Under the pieces are notes generated by a model that was given only the letters and a program-made list of their open reading frames with translations, was not told where the DNA came from and made no database searches. A program made the translations under genes and the position numbers. Below are positions 30,102 to 41,835 of a stretch of DNA of 64,000 nt, piece after piece. Within the stretch, counting starts at the first letter, position 1. Each line of letters begins with the position of its first letter. The stretch is from an uncultured Gemmataceae bacterium (GTDB lineage: Bacteria > Planctomycetota > Planctomycetia > Gemmatales > Gemmataceae): NCBI GenBank assembly GCA_963750165.1, contig CAVVPN010000003.1, forward strand, positions 672,001-736,000, in the 5' to 3' direction.

Positions 30102-31955
30102 ATGCCACCGCTGCTCGTGCTCAACACCGTCGGCCTGACCGCGCGACTGCTGCCGCAGGCGCCGCGCCTGGCCGCGCTGGCCGCGGCTGGCTGGCAGCGG
30201 CCACTGTGCGAGCCGACGCCCGCCGTCACCTGCACCGCTCAGGCAACGCTGCTCACCGGCGCGACACCGCAGGAGCACGGCATCGTTGGCAACGGCTGGC
30301 TGTACCGCGACACCGGCGAGGTGCGTTTCTGGCAGCAGTCCAACCGTCTGCTCGAGCGCGAGCCGCTGTACGCCACGGCCCGGCGGCGCGCGGCGGCGCG
30401 CGGCCGGCGCTGTCGCTGTGCCAAGCTGTTCTGGTGGTTCAACCAGGGCGCCGCGGTCGAAATCAGCGTCACGCCCAAGCCGTACTACGGCGCCGACGGC
30501 AACAAGGTCTTCGACATCCTCGGCACACCAGATGGCCTGACCGATCAGCTCAAGCGCCGCCACGGCCCGTTCCCATTCGCGACGTTCTGGGGCCCGATGG
30601 CCGGGCTGCCGTGTACCGCCTGGATCGCCGCCGCCGCTGCGGACGTGCTGACCGCGGAGCGGCCGGAACTGACGCTCGTCTACCTGCCGCACCTGGACTA
30701 CGACACGCAGCGTCTCGGTCCGGCCGGTTGCGACTGGCCGCGGCTGCTGCGCGAGCTGGACGACGCCTGTTCGCCGCTGCTGGACGCCGCCCGCGCCATC
30801 GGGGCGGAGGTGTGGGTCGTCAACGAATACACCCATGTGCAGGTGACGCAGGCGGTGGAGGTGAACCGGGCGCTGCGGCGGGCGGGCCTGCTGAGCGTGC
30901 GGCCCGGGCCGTTCGGCGAGATGCTCGACACCTTCGCCAGCCGGGCGTTCGCCGTCTGCGACCACCAGCTGGCCCATGTCCACGTCAACGACGCCGCCGA
31001 CCTGCCACGGGTGCGCGACGTGCTGGCGGTGCTGCCGGGCGTGGCACGCATCACCAGCGGCCCGGAGCGGGCGGAACTGGGCCTGGACCACCCGCGCGCC
31101 GGCGACCTGGTGGCGCTGGCACGGGCGGACGCCTGGTTTGCGTATCCGTACTGGCTCGATGACCGGCTGGCGCCCGACTTCGCGCGCACGGTCAACATCC
31201 ACGCCAAGCCGGGGTACGACCCGTGTGAGCTGTTCTTCGACCCGAAATTGTGGTTTCCGCAGCTGCGGGCGGCGCGGCGGCTGTTGCAGAAAAAACTCGG
31301 CTTCCGCACGCTGTTCGACGTGACGCCACTGGACGCGGCGCTGGTGCGCGGCAGTCACGGTCTGCCCGTGGCGGCGGCGGAGCGGCCGGTGCTGATCGGC
31401 GCTGGCCCGGCGCCCGCGGCGGAGGTGCCCATGACGGCGGTGCGCGACCTGTTGCTGCAACGGCTCGATCTGGCGGGGGAGCGCCGAGCCGCGCACGGAG
31501 CGTACTCGCGGAGTAAGCAGGCGGACTTAGCGCTCTTCTTGCGGCGGCCCCTCGACCGCCACGTCCTCCAGCGGGCACAGCCGCTGCACGCTCTCCATCA
31601 GCTTGTCCATCGCGAACGGCTTGCGCAGGTAGTCATCGACGCCGAGCATCTCCGCGTAAGCGCGGTGACGGCCGCCCTCGTTGCCGGTAATCATGATGAC
31701 CTTGGGCGCGTCGGCACCGCGGCCCTTCAACTTCTCCAGCACCAGAAAACCGCTCTTCTTCGGCATCATCATATCCACGACCACCAGGTCCGGCTGCTCA
31801 CGCTCCGCGGCGGCCAGGCCGGCGTTCCCGTCCGACGCCGTCAGCACACGGTAGCCACGCGACGTGATGAGCAACCGCATGGCGCTGAGGATGTCGGCGT
31901 CGTCATCGACCAGCAGGATCGTTTTGCTTGCGGCCATGATGTCCGCGCCTCCTAA
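30102..31955 (+). CDS. Alkaline phosphatase superfamily / nucleotide pyrophosphatase (EboF-like); homologous part ends near 31470 and the ORF reads on
   Basis: PAVTCTAQAT, HGIVGNGW, YLPHLDY, DHQLAH, HAKPGYDPCELF, RGSHG. Confidence 0.8.
   Translation: MPPLLVLNTVGLTARLLPQAPRLAALAAAGWQRPLCEPTPAVTCTAQATLLTGATPQEHGIVGNGWLYRDTGEVRFWQQSNRLLEREPLYATARRRAAARGRRCRCAKLFWWFNQGAAVEISVTPKPYYGADGNKVFDILGTPDGLTDQLKRRHGPFPFATFWGPMAGLPCTAWIAAAAADVLTAERPELTLVYLPHLDYDTQRLGPAGCDWPRLLRELDDACSPLLDAARAIGAEVWVVNEYTHVQVTQAVEVNRALRRAGLLSVRPGPFGEMLDTFASRAFAVCDHQLAHVHVNDAADLPRVRDVLAVLPGVARITSGPERAELGLDHPRAGDLVALARADAWFAYPYWLDDRLAPDFARTVNIHAKPGYDPCELFFDPKLWFPQLRAARRLLQKKLGFRTLFDVTPLDAALVRGSHGLPVAAAERPVLIGAGPAPAAEVPMTAVRDLLLQRLDLAGERRAAHGAYSRSKQADLALFLRRPLDRHVLQRAQPLHALHQLVHRERLAQVVIDAEHLRVSAVTAALVAGNHDDLGRVGTAALQLLQHQKTALLRHHHIHDHQVRLLTLRGGQAGVPVRRRQHTVATRRDEQPHGAEDVGVVIDQQDRFACGHDVRAS
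31527..31937 (-). CDS. Single-domain response regulator (receiver)
   Basis: ILLVDDD, PDLVVVDMMMP, MITG, DDYLRKPF. Confidence 0.92.
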   Translation of the reverse strand: MAASKTILLVDDDADILSAMRLLITSRGYRVLTASDGNAGLAAAEREQPDLVVVDMMMPKKSGFLVLEKLKGRGADAPKVIMITGNEGGRHRAYAEMLGVDDYLRKPFAMDKLMESVQRLCPLEDVAVEGPPQEER

Positions 31956-32086
31956 AATGTCGGTCGTAGTCCCGGAGCGTCTGCCGCGACGGGCGCCTCA
32001 TCCTGAACGCCATCATAAATATCGGTTAATATTATGATACTGCCCCTCCCCCCTCTGGACAACCGCCCGCTGCCGACGGCTGGCGC

Positions 32087-33142
32087 ATGCCGGCCGAGTG
32101 GGAGCCGCACGAGGCCACCTGGATCGCCTGGCCCAAGAACCGTTCCGACTGGCCCGGCAAGTTCGCGACCATCCCCTGGGTCTACGCCGAGATCGTCCGC
32201 CACCTCAGCCGCAGCGAGCACGTCCACCTCCTGGTGGACGACACCGCTGCCGAGGCCCGGGTGCGCCGCCTGTTGCGGCACAACGGCGTGGACCTGGAGC
32301 GCGTCCGCTGCTTCTACCTGACCACTGACCGCGTCTGGACGCGCGATTATGGGCCGATCTTCCTGACCGGGCCGGGCGGCGCGGTCGGGCTGACGGACTG
32401 GCTGTTCAACGCCTGGGCCAAGTACCCGGACTGGCAGCACGACAACGCAGTGCCCGCCCAGGTCGCGGCGTTGCTGGGCCTGCCGGCGTGGGAGCCCGTG
32501 TGCCACAGCCAGCGCGTCGTCCTGGAGGGCGGCAGCATTGACGTCAACGGTCAGGGGTTGCTACTGACGACGGAGGAGTGCCTGCTCGGCACGGAGCAGC
32601 AGCGTAACCCGGGGCTGGGCCGGGAGGACATGGAGCAGGTGTTTCGCGACTATCTGGGAGTGCGTAAAGTGCTGTGGTTGAACCGCGGCATTGCCGGCGA
32701 CGACACGCACGGCCACATCGACGATTTGGCCCGCTTCGTCGGGGCGCGCACCATCGTCACCGTCGTCGAGGACAACGTGCGTGACGCGAACTATCGGCCG
32801 CTGCAGGAGAACCTGGAGCGGCTGCGCGGCATGACCGACGCGGACGGCCGGAAATTGCATGTGGTGCCGCTGCCGCTGCTGGATCCGGTGGTTTTCCGCG
32901 GGCAGCGGCTGCCGGCGAGCTACGCGAACTTCTACATCGCCAACGACCGCGTGCTGGTGCCGACGTTCAACGCGCCGCAGGACCGGTTGGCGCTGGGCAC
33001 GCTGGCGGAGCTGTTCCCGGAGCGGCAGGTGGTGGGCATTCACGCGGTCGATCTGGTGTGGGGCCTGGGGACGCTGCACTGCCTGACGCAGCAGCAGCCG
33101 CGCGGCCCGACGGTCATGCCTTCCCCAGCAGCAGGTCAATGA
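32087..33142 (+). CDS. aguA: Agmatine deiminase (peptidyl-arginine deiminase family)
   Basis: MPAEWEPH, WTRDYGP, LEGGSIDVNG, DDTHGHID, ASYANFY, GTLHCLTQQQP. Confidence 0.9.
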   Translation: MPAEWEPHEATWIAWPKNRSDWPGKFATIPWVYAEIVRHLSRSEHVHLLVDDTAAEARVRRLLRHNGVDLERVRCFYLTTDRVWTRDYGPIFLTGPGGAVGLTDWLFNAWAKYPDWQHDNAVPAQVAALLGLPAWEPVCHSQRVVLEGGSIDVNGQGLLLTTEECLLGTEQQRNPGLGREDMEQVFRDYLGVRKVLWLNRGIAGDDTHGHIDDLARFVGARTIVTVVEDNVRDANYRPLQENLERLRGMTDADGRKLHVVPLPLLDPVVFRGQRLPASYANFYIANDRVLVPTFNAPQDRLALGTLAELFPERQVVGIHAVDLVWGLGTLHCLTQQQPRGPTVMPSPAAGQ

Positions 33143-33293
33143 CCCAGCAACCGCGGACGTGCGGGCCGAGACTGCGGTTGCGAGAACATGCAGTGCGGCG
33201 TCGGTGGAACTGAGTCCGCGACGCCGCACGAATTAGATCTCTCGTGATGCAGACCCCGCAGGGCGCGGGCGGTAAGGTCTATGGTTCAGGGCA

Positions 33294-34106
33294 TCACGCA
33301 ACCGGGCGGGTCGAAGTCGCCCGGTTACGCCGCCAGCGGTAGCCGACGAGGCTCCCCGCACCGATGCCCAGCAGCGTGAACGTGGTCGGTTCGGGCGTCG
33401 GGACGGCTTCGGAAAAGAAGCTGGTGCCGTTCGCATTCCCTAACCCGTGGCCGGAATAATCCAAAACCAGCGTCCCGGTGCCCGTCGTCGTATTCACCGA
33501 GAAGATCTGCGTTCCGGAGACGCCGTAAAGGACACCGTTATCTCCCGTAGCCAACCCGTACACGTTACTGAAGCCAAGGTTCCCCACCAGCGTTCCTGCC
33601 CCAGTGGCCGTGTTCACACGGATCAACTGGTTTGAGGTCGAACTCATGTAAAGATTCCCATTATTGAACGCCAGATCGCCGGCGGAGTCGAACCCGATGG
33701 CACCGACCAGCGAGGCATGGCCGGTCGAAGTGTTGACCGTGTACAGGTCCCCGCTAGTGTTCCCGGCTGCGTACAGCGTCCCATCCGAACCGAACACGAG
33801 AGCGTTTTGGTCGCTCAACCCCAGACTCCCGACCAGCGTGGCGGCGCCGGTCGTCGCATTGATGCGGTAGAGATTCGTGAACGACACACCATACAGCTGG
33901 CCGGTGGGGGAGAAGGCGATGTCGGTCATCGTGTCAGCACCCATGCTGCCGATGACGGTAACGGCGCCTGTGCCGACATCCACGGTCCCCAGTTGGTTGG
34001 AACTATCGTCGATGTAAAGAATGGGACCCGCGGTCGCGACTCCTGGCAACCCCAACCAGAGGGTTGCCAGGAAGGTGGCGCCAAGAATAAGACGATGCTG
34101 TTTCAT
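33294..34106 (-). CDS. PEP-CTERM sorting domain protein (beta-propeller-like repeats)
   Basis: Signal peptide; repeats LYxVNxxTGxxTLVG; C-terminal PEPTTFTLLGIGAGSLVGYRWRR. Confidence 0.88.
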   Translation of the reverse strand: MKQHRLILGATFLATLWLGLPGVATAGPILYIDDSSNQLGTVDVGTGAVTVIGSMGADTMTDIAFSPTGQLYGVSFTNLYRINATTGAATLVGSLGLSDQNALVFGSDGTLYAAGNTSGDLYTVNTSTGHASLVGAIGFDSAGDLAFNNGNLYMSSTSNQLIRVNTATGAGTLVGNLGFSNVYGLATGDNGVLYGVSGTQIFSVNTTTGTGTLVLDYSGHGLGNANGTSFFSEAVPTPEPTTFTLLGIGAGSLVGYRWRRNRATSTRPVA

Positions 34107-34725
34107 AACATCCTCCTGTTGAGCAGAAAGTAAGCGGCCGAAATCAATGACCGCTTGCTGGTTTGGGTGCCAGCATGGAAAATGTCGAAATGGAAAACGG
34201 TTGGACGGAACGGTGGCAAGATGCGCTCCAACTACCACCACCTCAAAGACCAAAAGGCAAGTGGCAATAAAGGCGATCCGCCGGCAGAATGTCAAGAAAT
34301 CCAATAGTTCTTTTGGCTGTTTACCTCTAGCGGGCACCGCGAGGGTAAGTTGCCTGGTCCTGGCATCAGACACTGTGCGAGAACCGTGGTGCAGGCGTCT
34401 CGCATGCAGGCGGGACGCCTGCACCACAATTCTCGCACAGCCTCTCACCGATGGTGAGACCAACTGCGTTCAATCAGGAAGCATCGAAGATTGAATATTG
34501 TCTCATCCGAGCCGAACCAGAATCCACGCCGCATCAGTGTGTCCACTTTATTAGCCATGCCGTCGGCCAGGAGTGAGAGCGTAATCTAGCTTAGGGAAGA
34601 ATAATATCCAAAATCGGCTCGGAAGCAAGGAAATTTTTCCCGCGGAACGATTTCTGTCGTCTCAATTGCTGTCGTGATCCACGATCGAACCCAGCACATG
34701 GTTTTTGCGAGCGTTGGCGAGTAAA

Positions 34726-36081
<1,356 letters not shown>

Positions 36082-36221
36082 CGCGCGTCCCTCCCCCCGG
36101 CAGCATAAGCAAGCGGGGCGGACGGGAAAAGGTGGGCGGCGGCGAATCGGCGTTGCAGTATCGCGGTGGGACGCTATGTTCCCGGGCCGGATCATCTGTT
36201 CGCCGTCCCGGAGTGCGACTC

Positions 36222-37474
36222 ATGGCGTATCCGCTGTTCCTGACCAAGCTGTTGATCCGCACCGGCCTGGCCCGCTGGCTGCCGACAGCACGTCGCCTGG
36301 GCGCCGACACCGACGCGCTGCCCTATCTCAGCGACCGCCTGCTGGCCGGGCCGCACGCCGCGCTGGCCACCGCCGCGGCGTTCCTGGAACTGCACGAGCC
36401 CGACGGCATCGACCTGGCGCTCGGGCGCCGCGCCGCGACACGCTGCCGGAGGCCGCACGATCAGGGGCTGATCCGCGCTGCTACCCGCCGCCCGACGGAC
36501 TGCCCGAACTGCGCGAAGCCATCACCGCCCAGCTGGGGCCGACGTTCGGCACGGCCGAGGTGCTGGTGACGCACGGCGCCGCCGGGGCGCTGAGCACGGC
36601 GCTCGACGCCTTCGTCAACCGCGGCGACGGTGTTGTGCTGTTCGACCCGTCCTCGCCGTGGTTCCCGCTGGCGCTGCGACACCGCGGCGCCCGTCTGCGC
36701 TGGGTGCCGACGCATGTCGAAAGCGGCCAGCTGCGCTTCCGCCTCGACCAGCTGGCCCACGCGCTGCGCGGCGCGAAACTGCTGGTGCTGGCCAACCCCG
36801 CCAACCCGACCGGCGCGACCATCGCCCCAGACGACCTGGAGCAAATCGCGTGGTGGGCGCAGCAGCACGACGTGCTGATTTTCAACGACGAGGTCTTCGC
36901 CGCCTTCCAGTACGAGGCCGCGGCGGTCAGCCTGAACGCGGTGGCCGGGGCGCGGCCGCGGACGTTGACCGCGGGCAGTGTGAGCAAGAGCCACGGACTG
37001 CCCGGGGCGCGGGTGGGTTGGTGCGCGGGGCCGCGGGCGCTGGTGCGGCCGTGCGCGGCGGCGCAGGCGCTGCAAACGCCGTTCGTGCCGGCGGCGTGCC
37101 AGCAGCTGGCGCTGGCGGCGCTGCGGCAGGGCCCGATGGCGGTCGAGTCAGTGCGGGCGGCGCTGGCGGCGAAGCGGCGCTACGGCTTCGACCGGTTGAC
37201 GGCACTGGGGCTGAAGCCGGTGTGGCCGGCGGCCGCGTGTTTCTTCTGGCTGCCGGTGGGTCAGCTAGGGCTGGGCGGCCGGGCGTTCGCGGAGCAACTG
37301 CTGCGGGCGAAAAAAGTGCTGGTGACGCCGGGCGAGCTGTTCGGGCCGGGCGGGGTTGGGCATGTGCGCGTCAGCTTCGCGGCGGAGGACGGCCGGCTGC
37401 GCGAGGGATTGACGCGGCTGACGGAGTTCGTGCGGCAGTTGCAAGGCGGCGCGAAAGCAAAGCTCGCGGCGTAG
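36222..37474 (+). CDS. PLP-dependent aminotransferase class I/II; frameshift near 36425
   Basis: IDLALG then YPPPDGLPELREAI, NPANPTG, DEVF, SVSKSHGLPGARVG, PGELFG...VRVSF. Confidence 0.82.
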
Positions 37475-37484
37475 CGTTTCGATG

Positions 37485-37538
37485 GCCCCGTTTTTAGTTT
37501 CGCGCGGATCGATAGGCGCGAAACTAAAAAAACGGGGC
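37485..37538. terminator. Hairpin between convergent genes (GTTTCGCG family)
   Basis: gccccgtttttagtttcgcgc ... gcgcgaaactaaaaaaacggggc. Confidence 0.7.
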
Positions 37539-37551
37539 GAGCAACCTCGTT

Positions 37552-38916
37552 TTACCCCACCAACTCCCGGATCGGCGCGCCTTGCTCGATGAGCTTCAGC
37601 GGCCGATTCTGGTGGTCCGGAAACTCGACGTGCGTGCCGTCAATGCCCAGGTGGTGGTAGACCGTCGCGGCCACGTCCTGCGGGCTCACCGGCCGGTCCA
37701 CGACGAACTCGCCGCGCGGGCTGCTTCGCCCAATCACCTGGCCCAGCCGCAAACCACCGCCGCCGAACAGCACGCTGAACGTGTGGCCCCAGTGATCGCG
37801 GCCGGCGTCGCGGTTCATGCGCGGCGTCCGCCCGAACTCGCCCATCGCTACCACCAGCACCTTTTCGTACAGGCCGCGCTGGCACAGGTCCTCCACCAGC
37901 GCCGCGATGGCCCGATCCAGGGGCGGAATCAACATCCGGGCGCCCACCGCGGTCTGCAACTGCGGCGGCGTGCCGTGGTGGTCCCAGGGCACGCAGTTCA
38001 CCGTCACGAACGTGACGCCGGCCTCGACCAGCCGCCGCGCCAGCAGGGCACTCTGACCGAAGGTGTGCCGGCCGTAACGGTCGCGCAGCCGGGCCGACTC
38101 GGCGCCGATGGCGAACGCCGACGCCACGCGCGGGCTGGTCAGCAGGTCAAAGGCGCGGTGGTAATGCTCGCCGAGGTCAACGGACGGACGGTCGCCAGCG
38201 CGGCGGGCCTCGTCAACGGCGGCGAGCAGGTGACGACGGCTTTCGAGGCGGTCAAAGCTCAGCCCCGCCGCGGGCGCCAGGTTGCGAACGCGGAAGTCCG
38301 CCAGGTTCGGGTCCGACTCGACCACGAACGGGTTGGCACCGCCGCCGAGGTAGGCCGCGTAGTGGAAGAAGTTGTCGGTGCCGCCGCGCAGGTGTGGCAC
38401 CGCGACGTAGGGCGGCAACCCCGGCACGTTGGCGCCGCGCAGCCGCGACACCGCCGCGCCCAGTGCCGGCCGCTTCTGGTGCTTGAAGTCCGGGGCGTTG
38501 AAGGCCGGGCCCTCGAAGCCGGTCAGCATCCAGTGGTTCGACTTGGTGTGATCGCCGGAGCCGTGCCGCACCGTGCGGACGATGGCCAGTTTGTCCATCA
38601 GCGCTGCCTGTCGCGGCAGCAGTTCGCTGAACAGGACGCCCGGCACGCGCGTGCGGCTGGCGCCGAAGGGACCGCGGTACTCGGCCGCGGCGTCCGGCTT
38701 GGGATCCCACGTTTCCATGTGGCCGGGGCCGCCGCTGAGCCAGAACAGGATGACGGCGGTGTCGCGTCCGGGGCGGCGCGGTGCCTGCGCGGCCGCGCGC
38801 AATCGGAAGAAGTCCGCCAGGCCCAAACCGCCCAGGCCCAGCAGCCCCGCCTGGACAAAACTGCGGCGCGTCAGCCCCGTACACTCCCGCCCTGCCTCGC
38901 CCACGACCCGCAACAT
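37552..38916 (-). CDS. DUF1501 domain protein
   Basis: TRRSFVQAG, LSGGPGHMETWDPKP, LLARRLVEAGVTFV, WDHH, GEFGRTP, GRDHW. Confidence 0.92.
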   Translation of the reverse strand: MLRVVGEAGRECTGLTRRSFVQAGLLGLGGLGLADFFRLRAAAQAPRRPGRDTAVILFWLSGGPGHMETWDPKPDAAAEYRGPFGASRTRVPGVLFSELLPRQAALMDKLAIVRTVRHGSGDHTKSNHWMLTGFEGPAFNAPDFKHQKRPALGAAVSRLRGANVPGLPPYVAVPHLRGGTDNFFHYAAYLGGGANPFVVESDPNLADFRVRNLAPAAGLSFDRLESRRHLLAAVDEARRAGDRPSVDLGEHYHRAFDLLTSPRVASAFAIGAESARLRDRYGRHTFGQSALLARRLVEAGVTFVTVNCVPWDHHGTPPQLQTAVGARMLIPPLDRAIAALVEDLCQRGLYEKVLVVAMGEFGRTPRMNRDAGRDHWGHTFSVLFGGGGLRLGQVIGRSSPRGEFVVDRPVSPQDVAATVYHHLGIDGTHVEFPDHQNRPLKLIEQGAPIRELVG

Positions 38917-39087
38917 CGCCGTCGCCTCCCGGGGGATCAAAGCTGTACTGCTCTCCTCAACCTTCGTGGATCGGTCGCAGGCTGTCAAGATGCGCTCCGG
39001 TCAAATCGGCCTGCCGCAAACATACAATGAGCAGGCACCGTTTCAGCAAGGGGAAGGGTGCGGTGCGCGTTTACGAAAGGCACAACC

Positions 39088-39861
39088 GTGATCCGTCGAT
39101 TGACCTGGCCGTGTGTGTGCGTTGCGGTGCTGCTGAGCGGGGCGACCACGGCGGCGCAGGGCAAGGTGCTGCACCGGCGGGAGCTGGCCGCGGCGCTGTC
39201 CCGGGTGCTCGACAGCGCCGACTTCTCGCAGGCGATGACGTTCAAGGATTTTCTCGGCCGCCTGCAAAACCGGCTCAAGGTCCAGGGCTGCGAGTTGCCG
39301 GTGGTGGTGGACACCGAGGCGTTCAAGGACGGCAACCAGGACGCCCCGGACATCGCCGACACGCAGGTGAAGTTCCCGGCGTACCCGAAGCAGATGACGG
39401 GGGCCGCGTTCCTGAGCCATGCGCTCGCCGCCATCCCCACGGGGAACGCAACCTACTTCGTCAAGAACGGCGTCGTCGTGGTCACCACCCTTGATCGGGC
39501 CCAGGCGCGGCAGCTGATGAGCGAGGCCGTGGAAGGCAAGTTCGAGGCGCAACCGCTGGGCGACATCCTGCAGGAACTCGCCGCGCAGACGGGGCTGCAC
39601 CTGATGGTGGACAGCCGCGTCGCCTGGAAGCTCCGGGCCAAGGCGTCCGCGAACTTCACGGTCAATCAGACGGCGCTGGGCACCGCCCTGTTCGTGCTGA
39701 CCGACATGGTGGATTTGCGTGTGGGGTTGATGGGCAACGTGGCCTACATCACCAGCCCGGCCAACGCCCGGCAGTGCGGCGAATGGCTCGCCAACGGCAA
39801 CTTTGAAGCGGGCCGGCATGGTGGTTCCAGGAGCGAGCGCCTGGATCCGGGGATGCGGTGA
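39088..39861 (+). CDS. Hypothetical exported protein
   Basis: Signal-peptide-like N-terminus; two repeats resembling STN/secretin N-domains (weak). Confidence 0.55.
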   Translation: MIRRLTWPCVCVAVLLSGATTAAQGKVLHRRELAAALSRVLDSADFSQAMTFKDFLGRLQNRLKVQGCELPVVVDTEAFKDGNQDAPDIADTQVKFPAYPKQMTGAAFLSHALAAIPTGNATYFVKNGVVVVTTLDRAQARQLMSEAVEGKFEAQPLGDILQELAAQTGLHLMVDSRVAWKLRAKASANFTVNQTALGTALFVLTDMVDLRVGLMGNVAYITSPANARQCGEWLANGNFEAGRHGGSRSERLDPGMR

Positions 39862-39983
39862 CGCTTGCCGTCCGTTGTCCCGCTGTGCCGGCAAGAACCC
39901 ACAACTGACAGCATATCTTGACGGCAGTCGCCCGGCGTGTTCTGCTGAGGCTGGTGATGCACCCCCCCTCATGAGGTACGACC

Positions 39984-40400
39984 ATGCGCAAGACGGTTGT
40001 CGCGGCACTGCTGCTGGCGGTCGGACATTTCGCGGCGAGCGGCCAGGAGAAACAGAAGAACGAAACCGCCGAAGTGGATGTCGCCAGCTTGTGCGCCTTC
40101 TTCGAGAGTAATCCGTTGAAGGCGCAAAAGGAAATCGGCAGCCGGTGGGTGCGCCTGAAGGACAGGGTGAGCAACATTGTCGCCCCGGTGAAAAAAGGCG
40201 CCCCGGTGAAACTGATTCTGATCAACCGCTTCGACTCGTTGCCGAGCGTCATCGAGTGTTCGTTCGACCCGAAACACGCCGATGCGCTCAAGTCCGTGGA
40301 GAAAGGCGGCGTGGTGCGCCTGCGCGGGAAACTGGATCGCTTCACCCTGTCCGCCATCTACCTGAAGCATTGCGAACTGGTCGTCACCAAGAAGAAGTAG
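39984..40400 (+). CDS. Exported OB-fold protein (tRNA_anti-like)
   Basis: Signal peptide; FESNPLKA...WVRLKDRV..I...IECSF...VRLRGK...LKHC pattern. Confidence 0.6.
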   Translation: MRKTVVAALLLAVGHFAASGQEKQKNETAEVDVASLCAFFESNPLKAQKEIGSRWVRLKDRVSNIVAPVKKGAPVKLILINRFDSLPSVIECSFDPKHADALKSVEKGGVVRLRGKLDRFTLSAIYLKHCELVVTKKK

Positions 40401-40609
40401 TGGTAACGTCACAACACGGCGGCGCTGACCGGGCGCCGCCGCGGTCGGGAGCGCCAGCCCATTGCCCTCCAGAGCGGTGGCGCCGTTCGGGTTTCGGTTT
40501 CTCAATTTAGCGCCTTGGCCTTGCCGGGGTGGATGGGATAGCATTACAGAGAGCATCCCACCGTGGCCGTGCCTTGCTCGACCGCGTTCTCGGCCAGGAG
40601 TTTCCCACC

Positions 40610-41542
40610 ATGCGCACCCACCTGCTTCTGCCGTTCGCCACGACCACGCTGCTGTGCCTTTGCCTGCTCGCTGGCGGCCAGCGCGGCGGTTCCCAGCCGC
40701 CGGGTAAGGGCCCCATGAAAAAAAGCCCCGACGACATCTTCAAATGGATTTCCAGGGACAAGGGCTACATCAGCATCGATGACCAGCAGCCCGGCAAGGG
40801 CAAGGAGGAGATGGAACTCTTCGCCAAGGAGAACAAAATCACCACCGGCAAGATCACCAGGGACCAGTTCCTGCGCTACTGGGAGCAGCGCGACGAGCTG
40901 CGCAAGAAGACCGCCGCCGACCCGAAGATCACTGACGAACGCGCGGCGGACAATTTTCGCCGCTACGACGTGAACAGCGACAGTTTCTTGAACCTTGACG
41001 AGATCAGCAACCTCCGGGGCCCGCTTCGCTCCTTCAAGGACGAGTGGCAGAAGTGGGACGCCAACAAGGACGGCCTCATCGACCGCAAGGAGTGGACGAC
41101 GTACTACCGCGACTACAACAAGCGCCGCATCGAGGCCCAGGCCACCAGGGCCAGCAACGCCAAATCCGCGGCACCGGGGTCGAAAGCGATCATCAAGATC
41201 ATCATTGAGGAAGACGAGGAAATCGTGCCGAGCACCTACCACGTTGGCGGCAAGCTGCCGGCGGGCCTGCCGGCCTGGTTCGCTGAACGGGACACGGATG
41301 GCGACGGCCAGGTGTCGCTCTACGAGTGGCGCCTGGGCAAGAAGGATGTCGCGGAGTTCCTCAAGATGGACCGCAACGACGACGGCTTCCTGACCGCCGA
41401 GGAAATGCTCCACTATCAGCGGCAAGCCTCTGCGCCCGGCCGACAACCTGCCGCGGTGCCCGTCACGACCAGCACCCGGCCCGAAGTGCCCAGCCGTCCG
41501 GGCTTCCCCTATCGCAAGAAGGGCAAGAAAAAGGGCGGCTGA
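40610..41542 (+). CDS. Exported EF-hand calcium-binding protein
   Basis: Four EF loops: DVNSDSFLNLDE, DANKDGLIDRKE, DTDGDGQVSLYE, DRNDDGFLTAEE. Confidence 0.85.
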   Translation: MRTHLLLPFATTTLLCLCLLAGGQRGGSQPPGKGPMKKSPDDIFKWISRDKGYISIDDQQPGKGKEEMELFAKENKITTGKITRDQFLRYWEQRDELRKKTAADPKITDERAADNFRRYDVNSDSFLNLDEISNLRGPLRSFKDEWQKWDANKDGLIDRKEWTTYYRDYNKRRIEAQATRASNAKSAAPGSKAIIKIIIEEDEEIVPSTYHVGGKLPAGLPAWFAERDTDGDGQVSLYEWRLGKKDVAEFLKMDRNDDGFLTAEEMLHYQRQASAPGRQPAAVPVTTSTRPEVPSRPGFPYRKKGKKKGG

Positions 41543-41576
41543 TACGGCAGCGCCGTGGTGGTTCTGGTTTCTGGTC

Positions 41577-41636
41577 GGAGCCCGAGCGCCAGCGCGGGGC
41601 AGTGTTGGCCCCGCGCTGGCGCTCGGGCTCCGACCC
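41577..41636. repeat. REP-like palindrome, GAGCCCGAGCGCCAGCG family
   Basis: ggagcccgagcgccagcgcggggc...gccccgcgctggcgctcgggctcc. Confidence 0.8.
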
Positions 41637-41740
41637 ACCGCGAGCCTTCCGGCCCGCCGGCAGCCGCAGCCGGCGGGCCGCTTTGTTTCCAGAACAGGTT
41701 GGCGCGAAGTGAGCCGGGCGGCCGGCGCCCACAAGTGTGC

Positions 41741-41788
41741 TTGCCAGGGCGGCGCAGATGGTGGTATAATCGGACTGACCGGTCAGTC
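41741..41788 (+). promoter_or_regulatory. Sigma70-type promoter plus palindromic TetR-type operator
   Basis: TTGCCA (41741), TGnTATAAT (41762-41770), perfect palindrome GACTGACCGGTCAGTC (41773-41788) upstream of tetR. Confidence 0.7.
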
Positions 41789-41835
41789 TATTTAGCATCG
41801 GATGACAACAGCACCGCCCGCCCGACCGGCGTCCA

